A DNA stretch of 64,000 bases from Planctomycetota bacterium (GTDB taxonomy: Bacteria > Planctomycetota > UBA1135), in assembly GCA_040264055.1 (NCBI GenBank), contig JBDQJC010000001.1, forward strand, positions 11,845 through 75,844. The letters run 5' to 3'. A program made the position numbers and the translations under genes. This document shows, piece by piece, positions 51,533 through 61,004 of the stretch. The notes beneath the pieces were generated by a model. The model was not told the origin of the DNA and did not search any database. It saw only the letters and a list, made by a program, of their open reading frames with translations. The first letter of the stretch is position 1, and each line of letters opens with the position of its first letter.

Positions 51533-53725
51533 ATGAACCGGCGTAAGCTCGCCGATCGAATCGCCGCCCGGGTCGTTGGCCTGGGCGGTCTCGGTGTTGT
51601 GTTGGCGGTGTTCTTCATTGCCTTCTACCTGATCAAGGAGGCTGCGCCGCTGATGGGCAAGCCGGAACTGGGCGCGGATGGTCCCAGCTTGACGGCACCG
51701 CCGGCCATGATCGGTGGGGCTGAGAAATTTACGGACGCGAGTTGGCGGATCTTCCCGGACGGCCGCTTGCAGTTGCATAGCTTCCGGGATGGCGCCCTGA
51801 TTGAAGAGGTAGAGCCGCTGGGCCTCGCGGAAGGCGAGGTCCTGGCTGAAACGAAGCTGACGGTCGATCAGAACGCGCTGATCTTTGCCACGACTCAAGG
51901 GCGGATCGGCATTCTCGAATTGAGTTTCTTGACCAGCTTTGAGGGCGAGACGGCGAACCAAGAATCGCGCCGTCAAGAGTTTGGTGCGCTGAGTGTTTTT
52001 TGGTTTATCGAAGAGGCCCGGGCCGAAGTTCCGATTGCGGTCGACGCTCTGTATGGTGACGCCGAGGCGCGGTTGAACGCATGGGCAGTCGCTTCTTATG
52101 CCGATGGGCGCGTGGTGCTGTGGCGCGGTCAACCTCGCTACAACGCGCTCGAAGACAAAACGACCTGGCGCATGCGCGCGCAGGAGCACCAGTTTGCTCA
52201 GCCGGCTAGCTGTGTGGTGTTGTTTGAACGTGGCCGCTTTCTCGCGACGGTCGGCGACCAAGTGCACGGCATCGGGCCGGCGGACAAGTTTGCCGGCTTA
52301 GAGATTCTCGGTAGCGAAACGGCCAGCGGTGAAGTCGTCGTCGCGCGCGAGTTGATCGGCCGCGGCTCGGCAATTTTGGGCACCGCAGAGGGTGTGCTGA
52401 GCCGGTGGCTGTTTCAGCCCACGCTTGATGACGATGCGATTCGACCCATCGCGTTGCAGGAATACGAGAAGTCGGTGCCGGGCCTGATCGACATCCTTCC
52501 TTCGGCGCGACAGCGTGTGTTCCTTGCTCAAGGCAAGGACTCGGTTCTTGTCGGGCAGGGCACCGCGGGAACTAGTCTGGCCCGCTTCGAGCTTGGCAAG
52601 AACATCGCTTGGATGAACATCGCGCCGCGCGAGGACTACTTGCTGGTGGCGCGCACCGACGAGAGCTTTGAAGCGATTCCTTTGAACTTGGGTTTCCCCG
52701 AAGTCACCGCGGCAACCCTGTTTGGCAAGTTGACCTATGAAGGACTGCCAGAGCCTGCCTACACCTGGCAATCCACAGGTGGCTCAGATGAGTACGAACC
52801 GAAGATCTCCCTGGTGCCGCTGATCCTGGGCACGATTAAGGGCACGATTTGGGCGTTGTTGCCGTCGATTCCGCTGGCTGTTGCCGGGGCTCTTTATTGT
52901 GCGCGCTTCTTGCGCGGCCGCTCGCGCGAAACGCTGAAGCCGTTCGTTGAGTTGCTCGCGGGCATTCCGTCCGTGATCCTCGGTTTTGTTGGCGGCCTTT
53001 ACCTGGCGCCGGCCCTGGAGGACCGCTTGCTCGCGCTGTTCCTGCTGCCATTGGTATTGGCGGCGGCGACAATGGGCATGGGTTGGTTTTGGGCGCGCAT
53101 GCCGTTGCGTCGTCGACAGCGTTTGCACGAGGGCACCGCGGTGTACGCCTTGGTTCCGGTCTACATGGTGCTCGGCGCACTCGTGATCTGGCTGGCGCCG
53201 GGCATCGAGCTGGCACTTTTCGACACTTCGTTCTCGCGCTGGTCGGTTCAGACCTTTGACATCCCGTACGAACAGAAGAATGCGGTGGTCGTGGGCTTGG
53301 CAATGGGTTTCGCGGTCACGCCGCTGATCTTCACGCTTGCCGAGGATGCCTTCCGCAATGTGCCGCAGACGCTGGCCGATGCTTCCTTGGCTTTGGGCGC
53401 GACACCCTGGCAGACCGCACGGCGCGTCATCGAACCGCCCGCGCGTCCGGGCGTGATCGCCGCGGTCATGCTTGGCCTAGGTCGAGCGGTCGGCGAAACG
53501 ATGATCGTGTTGATGGCGACCGGTGGTACGGCGATCACGGAGTGGAACCCGCTGCAGGGTTTCCGTGCCTTGTCGGCAAACTTGGCGACCGAGCTGCCAG
53601 AAGCGCCGAAGGGTGACTCGCTCTATCGCACCTTGTTCTTGTCGGCGGTGCTGCTGTTTGCCCTGACCTTTGTGATTAACACTCTTGCAGAAGTCGTGCG
53701 CGTGCGTGGGAGGAAGGACCTATGA
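51533..53725 (+). CDS. pstC: Phosphate ABC transporter permease PstC, long form with ~430-aa N-terminal periplasmic extension
   Basis: The C-terminal ~300 aa form the canonical PstC core (IKGTIWALL..., EAS.ALGAT.WQT-type motif DASLALGATPWQTARRV). The N-terminus is one TM helix plus a ~400-aa domain of unknown function. Confidence 0.88.
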   Translation: MNRRKLADRIAARVVGLGGLGVVLAVFFIAFYLIKEAAPLMGKPELGADGPSLTAPPAMIGGAEKFTDASWRIFPDGRLQLHSFRDGALIEEVEPLGLAEGEVLAETKLTVDQNALIFATTQGRIGILELSFLTSFEGETANQESRRQEFGALSVFWFIEEARAEVPIAVDALYGDAEARLNAWAVASYADGRVVLWRGQPRYNALEDKTTWRMRAQEHQFAQPASCVVLFERGRFLATVGDQVHGIGPADKFAGLEILGSETASGEVVVARELIGRGSAILGTAEGVLSRWLFQPTLDDDAIRPIALQEYEKSVPGLIDILPSARQRVFLAQGKDSVLVGQGTAGTSLARFELGKNIAWMNIAPREDYLLVARTDESFEAIPLNLGFPEVTAATLFGKLTYEGLPEPAYTWQSTGGSDEYEPKISLVPLILGTIKGTIWALLPSIPLAVAGALYCARFLRGRSRETLKPFVELLAGIPSVILGFVGGLYLAPALEDRLLALFLLPLVLAAATMGMGWFWARMPLRRRQRLHEGTAVYALVPVYMVLGALVIWLAPGIELALFDTSFSRWSVQTFDIPYEQKNAVVVGLAMGFAVTPLIFTLAEDAFRNVPQTLADASLALGATPWQTARRVIEPPARPGVIAAVMLGLGRAVGETMIVLMATGGTAITEWNPLQGFRALSANLATELPEAPKGDSLYRTLFLSAVLLFALTFVINTLAEVVRVRGRKDL

Positions 53726-55140
53726 GTCAGAGCCCTCGTGATGTGAGCCAAAGTTCCCGCGATGCCTCGGATGGCTCTCTTCCGCCGCTCCAACCCGGAC
53801 CGTCGATCAAGAAGCGCAAGTCTGCGAACAAGCCGGATATCCGAGGCAGCATTGGCGTGTTCATTTCTGGTGGCGCTCTTTCCTTTGTGTTGGTTGCGGC
53901 TCTGGCGCTCTTCGCTTTGTTGTTCTTCCGCGGGGCATCAGCATTCTGGCCACGCCCCCTGACGGAGTGGAAAATGGAGAACGGCCAAACCTTCTTGGTC
54001 GAAGAGTTCGAGACCAAGGATGACGGCAGCATTCGCGGCCGGATTGCGAACCGCGAATATCAAGCGGGCCGCTTAGATTTCGTCGCGGAGAAGCCTGAGC
54101 TGATCGCGAGTCGGTCGCGCCCAGAAAATGCCGTGCGCATGGAGCGCACAGAGAACGGCCCCTTCCATGGTTACTTGTTGGGCGAGGGCCCGAATGAAGA
54201 GGGCGTTGAGGGTTACCGCGTGCAGCGACCGAACCGCGACGAGCTGTTCTTTCCGCGCGAGAACGTACTGCGTGTGCAGTACCCCAATCAGTTGTCCTTC
54301 TTTGGGCGAGTGGGGACCTGGTTCGGAAGCGTCGGCCGATTCATTGTTGAAGTTCCGCGCGAAGCAAATACGGAGGGCGGTGTGCTGTCCCCGTTGGTTG
54401 GCACGGCGTTGATGGTGTTCCTGATGACGCTGATGGTCATGCCCTTTGGGGTATTGGCGGCTGTGTACCTGAATGAATACGCGCGCGACAGTTGGTTCAC
54501 GCGTGTCGCTCGCGTTGCCGTGAACAACCTAGCCGGGGTTCCATCCATCGTGTACGGCGTGTTCGGCCTCGGCTTCTTGATCTATGGCCTCGGTGACAGC
54601 ATCGACTCTCTCTTCTTCGGAGTGGGCGAAGGCGATATGCCGATTTTTGGCAACCCAGGTTTGCTGTGGGCTTCCGTGACGATGGCATTGTTGACGGTGC
54701 CAGTCGTGGTCGTGGCGACCGAAGAAGGCTTGCGTGCGATCCCTCGCGAGCAGCGCGACGGTGCATTGGCGCTAGGCGCAACACGCTGGGAGATGCTCAG
54801 CCGGGTCATTCTGCCTGGCGCGAAACCGGGTATTCTGACCGGAGCGATCTTGGCGATCTCTCGAGCGGCCGGTGAGGTCGCTCCCTTAATGCTGACGGGC
54901 GTGGTGGGTTTCGAGCCCGACCTGCCAATCAGCACCGAGGCTCCCTTCCTCCACCTGCAAGAACGTTTCATGCACTTGGGCTTCCACATCTACGCCGTTG
55001 GCTTCCAGTCGCCCAACGTCGAAGCTGCGGAACCTCTAGTTTATGCGACGGCTTCTCTGCTGTTGGTTCTGGTGATCAGTTTGAACCTGGTCGCCATTCG
55101 TTGGCGCACAAAAGTGCGTCGTTCCTTGCAAGGCCGATGA
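53722..55140 (+). CDS. pstA: Phosphate ABC transporter permease PstA, long form
   Basis: Overlaps the pstC stop by 4 nt. N-terminal TM helix plus a periplasmic extension, then the PstA core with [23 protein letters not shown]. Confidence 0.9.
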   Translation: MSQSPRDVSQSSRDASDGSLPPLQPGPSIKKRKSANKPDIRGSIGVFISGGALSFVLVAALALFALLFFRGASAFWPRPLTEWKMENGQTFLVEEFETKDDGSIRGRIANREYQAGRLDFVAEKPELIASRSRPENAVRMERTENGPFHGYLLGEGPNEEGVEGYRVQRPNRDELFFPRENVLRVQYPNQLSFFGRVGTWFGSVGRFIVEVPREANTEGGVLSPLVGTALMVFLMTLMVMPFGVLAAVYLNEYARDSWFTRVARVAVNNLAGVPSIVYGVFGLGFLIYGLGDSIDSLFFGVGEGDMPIFGNPGLLWASVTMALLTVPVVVVATEEGLRAIPREQRDGALALGATRWEMLSRVILPGAKPGILTGAILAISRAAGEVAPLMLTGVVGFEPDLPISTEAPFLHLQERFMHLGFHIYAVGFQSPNVEAAEPLVYATASLLLVLVISLNLVAIRWRTKVRRSLQGR

Positions 55141-56009
55141 CCGAATCCGTCGTGACCGACGCCCATCCCGAATCCAGTTCGCGACCGACCAGTGACCTGG
55201 GGCGGATCGCAGCCGACTCCGCTTCGCGGCGTTCGCTTCTTGAGCCATCGACCGAGATGGTCATTCGATCGGAGAAGTTGAACTTCTTCTACGACAATAC
55301 TGCCCAGGCCCTCTTCGATGTCGATATCGATGTGCGGCGCGGGCAAGTGGTGGCCTTCATTGGGCCGTCGGGTTGTGGTAAGTCCACTTTCTTGCGGACG
55401 CTGAACCGCATGAATGACACGATCCCGAATACGCGCGCGGAAGGCTTAGTCGAGCTGGATGGAGTCGACATCTACTCGCCTGATGTCGATGTGGTCGAGC
55501 TGCGTCGTCGGGTCGGCATGGTGTTTCAGCGCCCGAACCCTTTCCCGATGTCGATTTACGACAACATCGCCTTCGGCCCGCGCTTGCATAGCAAGATGAC
55601 AAAGTCCGAAACGGATGACTTGGTTGAACGCTGCTTGCGCGGCGCGGCCTTGTGGGATGAGACGCACGATCGGCTGAAGGCTTCTGCGCTAGCATTGTCG
55701 GGTGGTCAACAGCAGCGCTTGTGTATCGCACGCGCGCTCGCGAACGACCCAGAGGTACTGTTGCTTGACGAGCCGTGCTCGGCACTCGACCCCAACTCAA
55801 CCTCGAAGATCGAAGACTTGATCTTTGAACTGCGCGGGAACTACACGATCATCATCGTGACCCACAACATGCAGCAAGCAGCCCGCGTCAGCGATCGCAC
55901 GGCCTTCTTCTTGAAAGGGAAGCTGATTGAAGAGGGGGCGACGACCGAGATCTTTACCCGTCCCTCGCATGACGAGACCGAGGCCTACATCACCGGCAGA
56001 TTCGGTTAA
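55137..56009 (+). CDS. pstB: Phosphate ABC transporter ATP-binding protein
   Basis: ATG 55137 overlaps the pstA stop (ATGA). Walker [24 protein letters not shown], signature [14 protein letters not shown], Walker [12 protein letters not shown]. Confidence 0.95.
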   Translation: MTESVVTDAHPESSSRPTSDLGRIAADSASRRSLLEPSTEMVIRSEKLNFFYDNTAQALFDVDIDVRRGQVVAFIGPSGCGKSTFLRTLNRMNDTIPNTRAEGLVELDGVDIYSPDVDVVELRRRVGMVFQRPNPFPMSIYDNIAFGPRLHSKMTKSETDDLVERCLRGAALWDETHDRLKASALALSGGQQQRLCIARALANDPEVLLLDEPCSALDPNSTSKIEDLIFELRGNYTIIIVTHNMQQAARVSDRTAFFLKGKLIEEGATTEIFTRPSHDETEAYITGRFG

Positions 56010-56026
56010 TCTTCGCGTTACTTACT

Positions 56027-56686
56027 GTGACCAAACAACTCCTCCGCGACCTCGAGCAGATCTCCGATGACCTGCTTCGACTCACGGCAGCCGCGGAAGA
56101 CGCGGTGAGCCAAGCGCTGTCCGCGATTCTCTCGCGTGACCTTGAGCTCGCTCGAGCCGTCATTCTTGGCGACGAGCGAATCGACCGCATGGAGGTTCAG
56201 CTTGAGGAAGACTGCCTCAAGGTGCTCGCACTTCACCAACCCGTCGCTAGCGATCTACGTTTTGTGATCTCCGCGATCAAGATCACCAATGACCTCGAGC
56301 GCATTGGAGATTTGGCAAAGAGCACTGCCAAACGCGCGGTCGAAATCGGAAAAGGCCCGCCCATTGAGCCTCCTGATGGATTCGAAGACATGGCCGACAA
56401 TGTGCGCGCCATGATTCGCAATGCGATTCACTCACTGGTTCGAAGCGACTCGCATTTGGCAAGAAAGGTTCTCGCGCAAGACGATGAGGTCGACCATCAA
56501 TACCGCGTCATGCTCAAGGGTCTCCAGAAACGCATGATTCAAGGCGCAGACGATGAGCTCGATCCACTTCTCCGTTGGATGGGAGTCTTGCGCTGCATGG
56601 AACGAGCAGCAGACCTGGCAACGAATATTGCCGAGGATGTGATCTACTTGGTGGAGGGGGAGATCGTTCGGCATCAATCCGGCTAG
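56027..56686 (+). CDS. phoU: Phosphate signalling complex protein PhoU
   Basis: Two PhoU repeats (DDxxID-like DERIDRME... and DDEVDHQY...; ERIGDLAKS / ERAADLATNIAEDVIYLVEG). The last two bases of the TAG stop (56684-56686) belong to the IS left inverted repeat. Confidence 0.92.
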   Translation: MTKQLLRDLEQISDDLLRLTAAAEDAVSQALSAILSRDLELARAVILGDERIDRMEVQLEEDCLKVLALHQPVASDLRFVISAIKITNDLERIGDLAKSTAKRAVEIGKGPPIEPPDGFEDMADNVRAMIRNAIHSLVRSDSHLARKVLAQDDEVDHQYRVMLKGLQKRMIQGADDELDPLLRWMGVLRCMERAADLATNIAEDVIYLVEGEIVRHQSG

Positions 56687-57821
56687 AATCTGGCCCCCTT
56701 GAGTGTTGGAAATCGAAATTTCATATGTAACGAAACTTCGTCGAACGCGTCCTCTGAGTGACATCACTTGGAGGACGCGATCTTGTTTTGCCCACCTTTT
56801 TGCCCGATCCACGGATGCCCTAGCGAATTTGAAGGGATCCCTTTTCGGTTCCACCGCCATGGTCGCTATCGGCGTAGCTGTGATGGCGCATGGGTTCGGC
56901 GGTTCCGTTGCCTAGTCTGCGAGCGAGCATTCAGCACGCAGACGTTTAAGAGCAACTATCGCTATCGCATCCCCTTCTTACACCATCTGTTAACGCAGAC
57001 ACTTTGTTCCAAAGTTAGTCGCAGACAAGCGGCGAGGGTCTTTTCAGTGAATCGCAAGTCCGTCGAGCGGCGGTTCATCAGAATGGCTGAAGTTGGCGCT
57101 GACTTTCACCATGCTCAGCTCAATCGGTGTCGGGAGCGAGGCGGCATGCACGGGGCATTTCAACTCGACGAGCTGGAGACGTTTGAGCACAATCGCAAGC
57201 TCAAGCCGGTCACGATGTCGGTTCTGATTGAACGCAAGAGCTACTTTGTCGTGCACGCGCGCGCGGGGACACTTCCAGCGCGGAGGCCGCTCAAGCCCAA
57301 GCAAGCGGAACGTCTAGCCGAAATCGAGATCGCTGAAGGCAAGCGGCGTTCGCAATCGCGGGCGTGCATCCGGCAAAGCTTCGAGGCGCTCAACCAGTTG
57401 CTTGCTCCCGATGCTGCGGTCGTCTTTCAGTCAGACAAGAAGCGAACCTATCCAACTGAGTGTCGACGAGCAACCTGGGGGCGCCCATTCTTCCATCGCA
57501 CGACGAGCAGTCGCAAGCGCCGCGACTATCGCAACTTACTGTTTCCCATCAATCACACACTGGCAATGATGCGCGATGGCATGTCTTGCTTGGTGAGAAG
57601 AAGTTGGGCGGCGAGCAAGTCAATTCGTGGGCTCGAGCGACATGCGGCGATTTGGACGGCTTATCGCAACTACGTCCGTGGTGTGACGATCAAAACGAAG
57701 ACGACTCCCGCTCAAGCGGCAGGAGTCTGCGCACGACGGTGGTCGTTAAAGGAGGTTCTTCGCTGGCGCTGGCCAAGTCGCATGTCGGCCTAATTACCAA
57801 CACTCAAGGGGGCCAGATTCT
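56685..57821 (+). mobile_element. Insertion sequence, 1137 bp, IS1/IS1595-superfamily-like, perfect 25-bp terminal inverted repeats
   Basis: IRL agaatctggcccccttgagtgttgg (56685-56709) is the exact reverse complement of IRR (57797-57821). A single transposase ORF fills the interior, which is visibly more AT-rich than the flanks. It sits exactly between the convergent phoU and ppiC-type genes. No target-site duplication is discernible. Confidence 0.9.
56768..57793 (+). CDS. Transposase with N-terminal zinc finger and IS1/IS1595-like catalytic core
   Basis: TTG start. CPIHGC...CLVCERAF (Zn-finger-like), LDELETFEHNRK, FQSDKKRTYP. The C-terminal PINHTLAMMRDGMSCLVRRSWAASKS aligns by eye to the IS1-type IERxNxxxRxxxxRLxRKTxxFSKS with Asn in place of Glu (DDN-type, as in part of the IS1595 family). 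Confidence 0.8.
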   Translation: MEDAILFCPPFCPIHGCPSEFEGIPFRFHRHGRYRRSCDGAWVRRFRCLVCERAFSTQTFKSNYRYRIPFLHHLLTQTLCSKVSRRQAARVFSVNRKSVERRFIRMAEVGADFHHAQLNRCRERGGMHGAFQLDELETFEHNRKLKPVTMSVLIERKSYFVVHARAGTLPARRPLKPKQAERLAEIEIAEGKRRSQSRACIRQSFEALNQLLAPDAAVVFQSDKKRTYPTECRRATWGRPFFHRTTSSRKRRDYRNLLFPINHTLAMMRDGMSCLVRRSWAASKSIRGLERHAAIWTAYRNYVRGVTIKTKTTPAQAAGVCARRWSLKEVLRWRWPSRMSA

Positions 57822-57823
57822 GG

Positions 57824-58363
57824 TTAGGCAAGCCGTTTAATGACATGCCATCCAAACGGCGAGGCTTTCTCGTCATACCCAGCAAGCCCAACCTCACCAA
57901 CTTCAAGCGCGAATCCGACATCGCCAAATGCAGGGACCATGGCTGCGCGGGGGTGGGGGAGGTTGGCACTTGCATGGGCGGCTTCTGCTTGAAGCTGCTC
58001 AACAAAGGACTGCATTTCGGTTTCGGCTTCCGAAGGGGGGACGTCGCCACCTTGTACCTTCGCGATGAGTTCCTGTTCCTTCTCGCTCGCGCGCAAATTG
58101 AGTTCGGATACAAACGAGGCGAAGGTCACTCCCTCCACATCGTTGTTCAACAAGCGGTACACCCCTGGGTTAGCTTCACCTGGTTTGACGGGGTCATCGC
58201 TGTGTTCCCGAACAAGATCAGAGAACTCGGCATCGGTCTTGGCCATGCCGAGAACCTGTTCGGCAAGAGCTTCGGCTTCGGACTGGTTTCGCGTGGCCTC
58301 GGTGGGCGCATCGGCGAATGAGATCAGAACGTGCTGAATTGTGATTTCGCGCGGCTCGGACAT
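57824..58363 (-). CDS. PpiC/parvulin-type peptidyl-prolyl isomerase-like protein
   Basis: ATG 58363 (MSEPREITIQHVLISFADAP...). C-terminal parvulin-like ...MVPAFGDVGFALEVGEVGLAGYDEKASPFGWHVIKRL. The stop lies 2 nt from the IS right end. Confidence 0.7.
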   Translation of the reverse strand: MSEPREITIQHVLISFADAPTEATRNQSEAEALAEQVLGMAKTDAEFSDLVREHSDDPVKPGEANPGVYRLLNNDVEGVTFASFVSELNLRASEKEQELIAKVQGGDVPPSEAETEMQSFVEQLQAEAAHASANLPHPRAAMVPAFGDVGFALEVGEVGLAGYDEKASPFGWHVIKRLA

Positions 58364-58494
58364 CCCCAGATTGTACGCCTTCGCGGATCTTGTGGCATCG
58401 CAAGAACGGTGAGGGGCGGTCCAATGAGCGGTCGGGAAGAATCTGGCGACACAGGCGAGATTCAAGCGACTCGAACCGTTGGACTTCGTAACAG

Positions 58495-58527
58495 GCCGTC
58501 GCAGCCGTCGCAGCCGTCGCAGCCGTC
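58495..58527. repeat. 9-bp tandem repeat (GCCGTCGCA) x3.7, intergenic
   Basis: Read directly: gccgtcgca gccgtcgca gccgtcgca gccgtc. Located between the ppiC-type start and the ABC permease stop. Confidence 0.9.
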
Positions 58528-58582
58528 ACCGGCGCCACCGCTGACGCTACCCCTCCTTCGACTCTGCTTATTCCGACGAACC

Positions 58583-59584
58583 CTACGCGTTCGACCTGCG
58601 GAGCAACAGGAACAGGAAACAGGGTCCCCCAATCAGCGCAGTCAGAATCCCGACCGGCAGTTCACTATTGCGCCCGCCAACCGACATGCTGCGTGCGGCG
58701 AGATCGGCGACGACCAAGAGCGACCCTCCTGCAAAGAAGCAGGCGGGAATCAACATCCGATGCCGCAGGCCGGTTCCGGCTCGAATCGCGTGCGGAACCA
58801 ACAATCCCACAAACCCGATTGGTCCAACCCGCGCCACCGTCGCCGCCGTCAGAACGCCCGCAGCAAGCAAACCCAAGCCGCGCACGCGGCGAACCGTCAC
58901 GCCTCGCGCGGACGCGAGTTCTTCGTCAAACGCAAGCTGATCAAGATCACCAGCCATCGCGACTAAGCCAAGCACGGGCAGGCCAATCCACGGCAACAAA
59001 GCCCAGGCTTCGCTCGGATGCAGAGCTTCGACAGAACCAAGAATCCAGCGCTCCATAGCAGCCAGTCGAAGCGGGTCGGCGAGATACCGCACCAGCATGA
59101 CCCCTGCCCCAAACAGGAAATTCAGAGTCACCCCGGCAAGAAGCAAGCCATCCACACGCTGGCTGCGACGCGCAAGTGCGAGCACCAATCCCAAGGACCC
59201 CAAAGCACAAATCAATGCCGTAAGCGTGGCACCCAGCAGGCTTGCGAACCAAGCGGCCGGAAAAGCGAGAACCAGGAAAGCTCCAAACGATCCAGCGGAC
59301 GCGACTCCCAAGGTATAGGGCGTCGCGAGTCCATTGCGCAGCAAGGTCTGAAGCACAGCGCCGGCACACGCCAGACCTCCGCCAGCAAGAAAGGCCAACA
59401 AGACTCGAGAAAGGCGCAGTTCGAAGATCGCGGTATCCGGGCCCCACTCCGAACGGGGCTCACTCAACCACCGCGCAGCCTCAGCCCACCCATCAATCGA
59501 AACCGAGCCCGCCAGCGGACCGAGCACGATCGCGAGCAGCCCAGCAAGCAGAGAGACAGCCAGAGTCCACGCGGAGCGATTCAT
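58583..59584 (-). CDS. FecCD-family ABC permease (iron-siderophore/haem/cobalamin type)
   Basis: About 9-10 TM helices. Family pattern RLSRVLLAFLAGGGLACAGAVLQTLLRN.LATPYTLGVASG and ...ELPVGILTALIGGPCFLFLLLRR. Confidence 0.9.
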   Translation of the reverse strand: MNRSAWTLAVSLLAGLLAIVLGPLAGSVSIDGWAEAARWLSEPRSEWGPDTAIFELRLSRVLLAFLAGGGLACAGAVLQTLLRNGLATPYTLGVASAGSFGAFLVLAFPAAWFASLLGATLTALICALGSLGLVLALARRSQRVDGLLLAGVTLNFLFGAGVMLVRYLADPLRLAAMERWILGSVEALHPSEAWALLPWIGLPVLGLVAMAGDLDQLAFDEELASARGVTVRRVRGLGLLAAGVLTAATVARVGPIGFVGLLVPHAIRAGTGLRHRMLIPACFFAGGSLLVVADLAARSMSVGGRNSELPVGILTALIGGPCFLFLLLRRSNA

Positions 59585-60375
59585 CGAGGCACCAGGACCG
59601 GTCGGCCTTCCGGGGTTTCGAGCAGCTGAAAACGCGAACCAAACACGCTGCTCAAGGTCTCGCGGACAAACACTCGCTGGGGCGTGCCTTGGGCTGCGAT
59701 TCGACCCCGGTGCAGCAAGACGAGCTCATCAGCCCATTGCGCGGCGAGATTGAGGTCGTGGGTCACCACGACGACCCCCATCCCGGCATCGCAGCGAGCG
59801 CGCAATACCTCAAACAACTGCACCTGATGCTCCAAATCGAGCATAGCGGTGGGTTCGTCCAAGACCAGGTACTTGGGCTGCTGGGCCAACACGCTCGCGA
59901 GCAGCACGCGTCGGCGCTCGCCGCCACTCAGCTCATCGAGGCGCCGATCGGCGAGATGTTCGGCATCGACGGCCTGCAGCGCGGCGGTGACGGACTCCGC
60001 TTGCGGGCTCACTTTCGCCGCGACGCGAGCGCCGAGTTCGACGGCCTCGGAAACACGGAAAGAGAAGCTGGGCTCGATTTCCTGCGGCAAGAAGCCGATC
60101 CGCTGAGCCCGCGCCCGGGGCGAAAGGCGCGCTAGTCGGTCGCCATCGACTTCGACGGAGCTTGCCTGCGTGGAGGTGGCCGCAGTAACCGAAGCCACGG
60201 CACCGCCAACCCCCGCCGGCAGCAAACCGCAAAGCGCGCGCGCCAGGGTGCTTTTTCCGGCACCGTTGGGGCCCAACAAGCAGAGCAGCTGGCCAGGCTC
60301 AAGCCGGAAATCGACTCCGTCGAGAACGGCGCAACCGCCGTAACCCGCCCGCAGCGCGCATCCGATCAGAGCCAT
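59581..60375 (-). CDS. ABC transporter ATP-binding protein (FecE/BtuD/HmuV type)
   Basis: Walker A GPNGAGKSTL, signature LSGGERRRVLLA, Walker B LVLDEPTAMLD. Overlaps the permease start by 4 nt. Confidence 0.92.
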   Translation of the reverse strand: MALIGCALRAGYGGCAVLDGVDFRLEPGQLLCLLGPNGAGKSTLARALCGLLPAGVGGAVASVTAATSTQASSVEVDGDRLARLSPRARAQRIGFLPQEIEPSFSFRVSEAVELGARVAAKVSPQAESVTAALQAVDAEHLADRRLDELSGGERRRVLLASVLAQQPKYLVLDEPTAMLDLEHQVQLFEVLRARCDAGMGVVVVTHDLNLAAQWADELVLLHRGRIAAQGTPQRVFVRETLSSVFGSRFQLLETPEGRPVLVPR

Positions 60376-60407
60376 GGAGATGGATCATAACGGCTTACAA
60401 TGGGGGG

Positions 60408-61004
60408 ATGTCCGTGGTGCAAGCCCCTGCCGAACTTCTCCGTCGTCGCTTGAGCGAGGCGCAGGAGACCTATGCCGCCTTGAGCGATGACTTCATTGCC
60501 GTCGTGGAGCAAGCCGCCGCGTTCGGCATCCAGGCACTGCAACGCAAGAAGGGGGGCATTTTCATCTTGGGCAACGGGGGCAGCGCGGCGGATGCGCAGC
60601 ACTGGGCAGCCGAGTTGGTCGGCCGCTATCTCACCGAGCGCGACCCGCTCAACGTGCACGCGCTGACGGTGAACTCGAGTACCTTCACCGCGCTCGTCAA
60701 CGACTACCCGGCCGAAGAAGTTTTTGAGCGCCAGGTCCGAGCGCACGTCGGCCCCGGTGACCTGCTGCTGGCGATTTCGACGAGCGGCAACTCCGAGAAC
60801 GTCTTGCGTGCGGTGCGCGCGGCGAAGATTCGCGGTGCCAAGGTCGTGGGCGTCACCGGGAAAGATGGCGGCAAGCTTGCCCCGGCTTGCGACCTCGCCT
60901 TTGTTGCGCCAAGCTCCGTCACCCCCCGCATCCAAGAAGCCCACCTGTTGTTTGGTCACTGCTTCTGCGAGTTGGTCGAAGCGGCGTTTACGCCCGAAGA
61001 CTAG
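60408..61004 (+). CDS. gmhA: SIS-domain D-sedoheptulose-7-phosphate isomerase (GmhA/DiaA family)
   Basis: ILGNGGSAADAQHWAAELVGRY, LLLAISTSGNSENVLRAV, the C-terminal QEAHLLFGHCFCELVE, 198 aa. Confidence 0.85.
   Translation: MSVVQAPAELLRRRLSEAQETYAALSDDFIAVVEQAAAFGIQALQRKKGGIFILGNGGSAADAQHWAAELVGRYLTERDPLNVHALTVNSSTFTALVNDYPAEEVFERQVRAHVGPGDLLLAISTSGNSENVLRAVRAAKIRGAKVVGVTGKDGGKLAPACDLAFVAPSSVTPRIQEAHLLFGHCFCELVEAAFTPED

Noticed and set aside
58438-58447. 10-nt match (agaatctggc) to the outer end of the IS inverted repeat, about 620 bp from the element. It could be a remnant of a second IS end.
   Set aside because: Only 10 nt match and similarity stops immediately. A 10-mer match somewhere in 64 kb on both strands is not improbable by chance.
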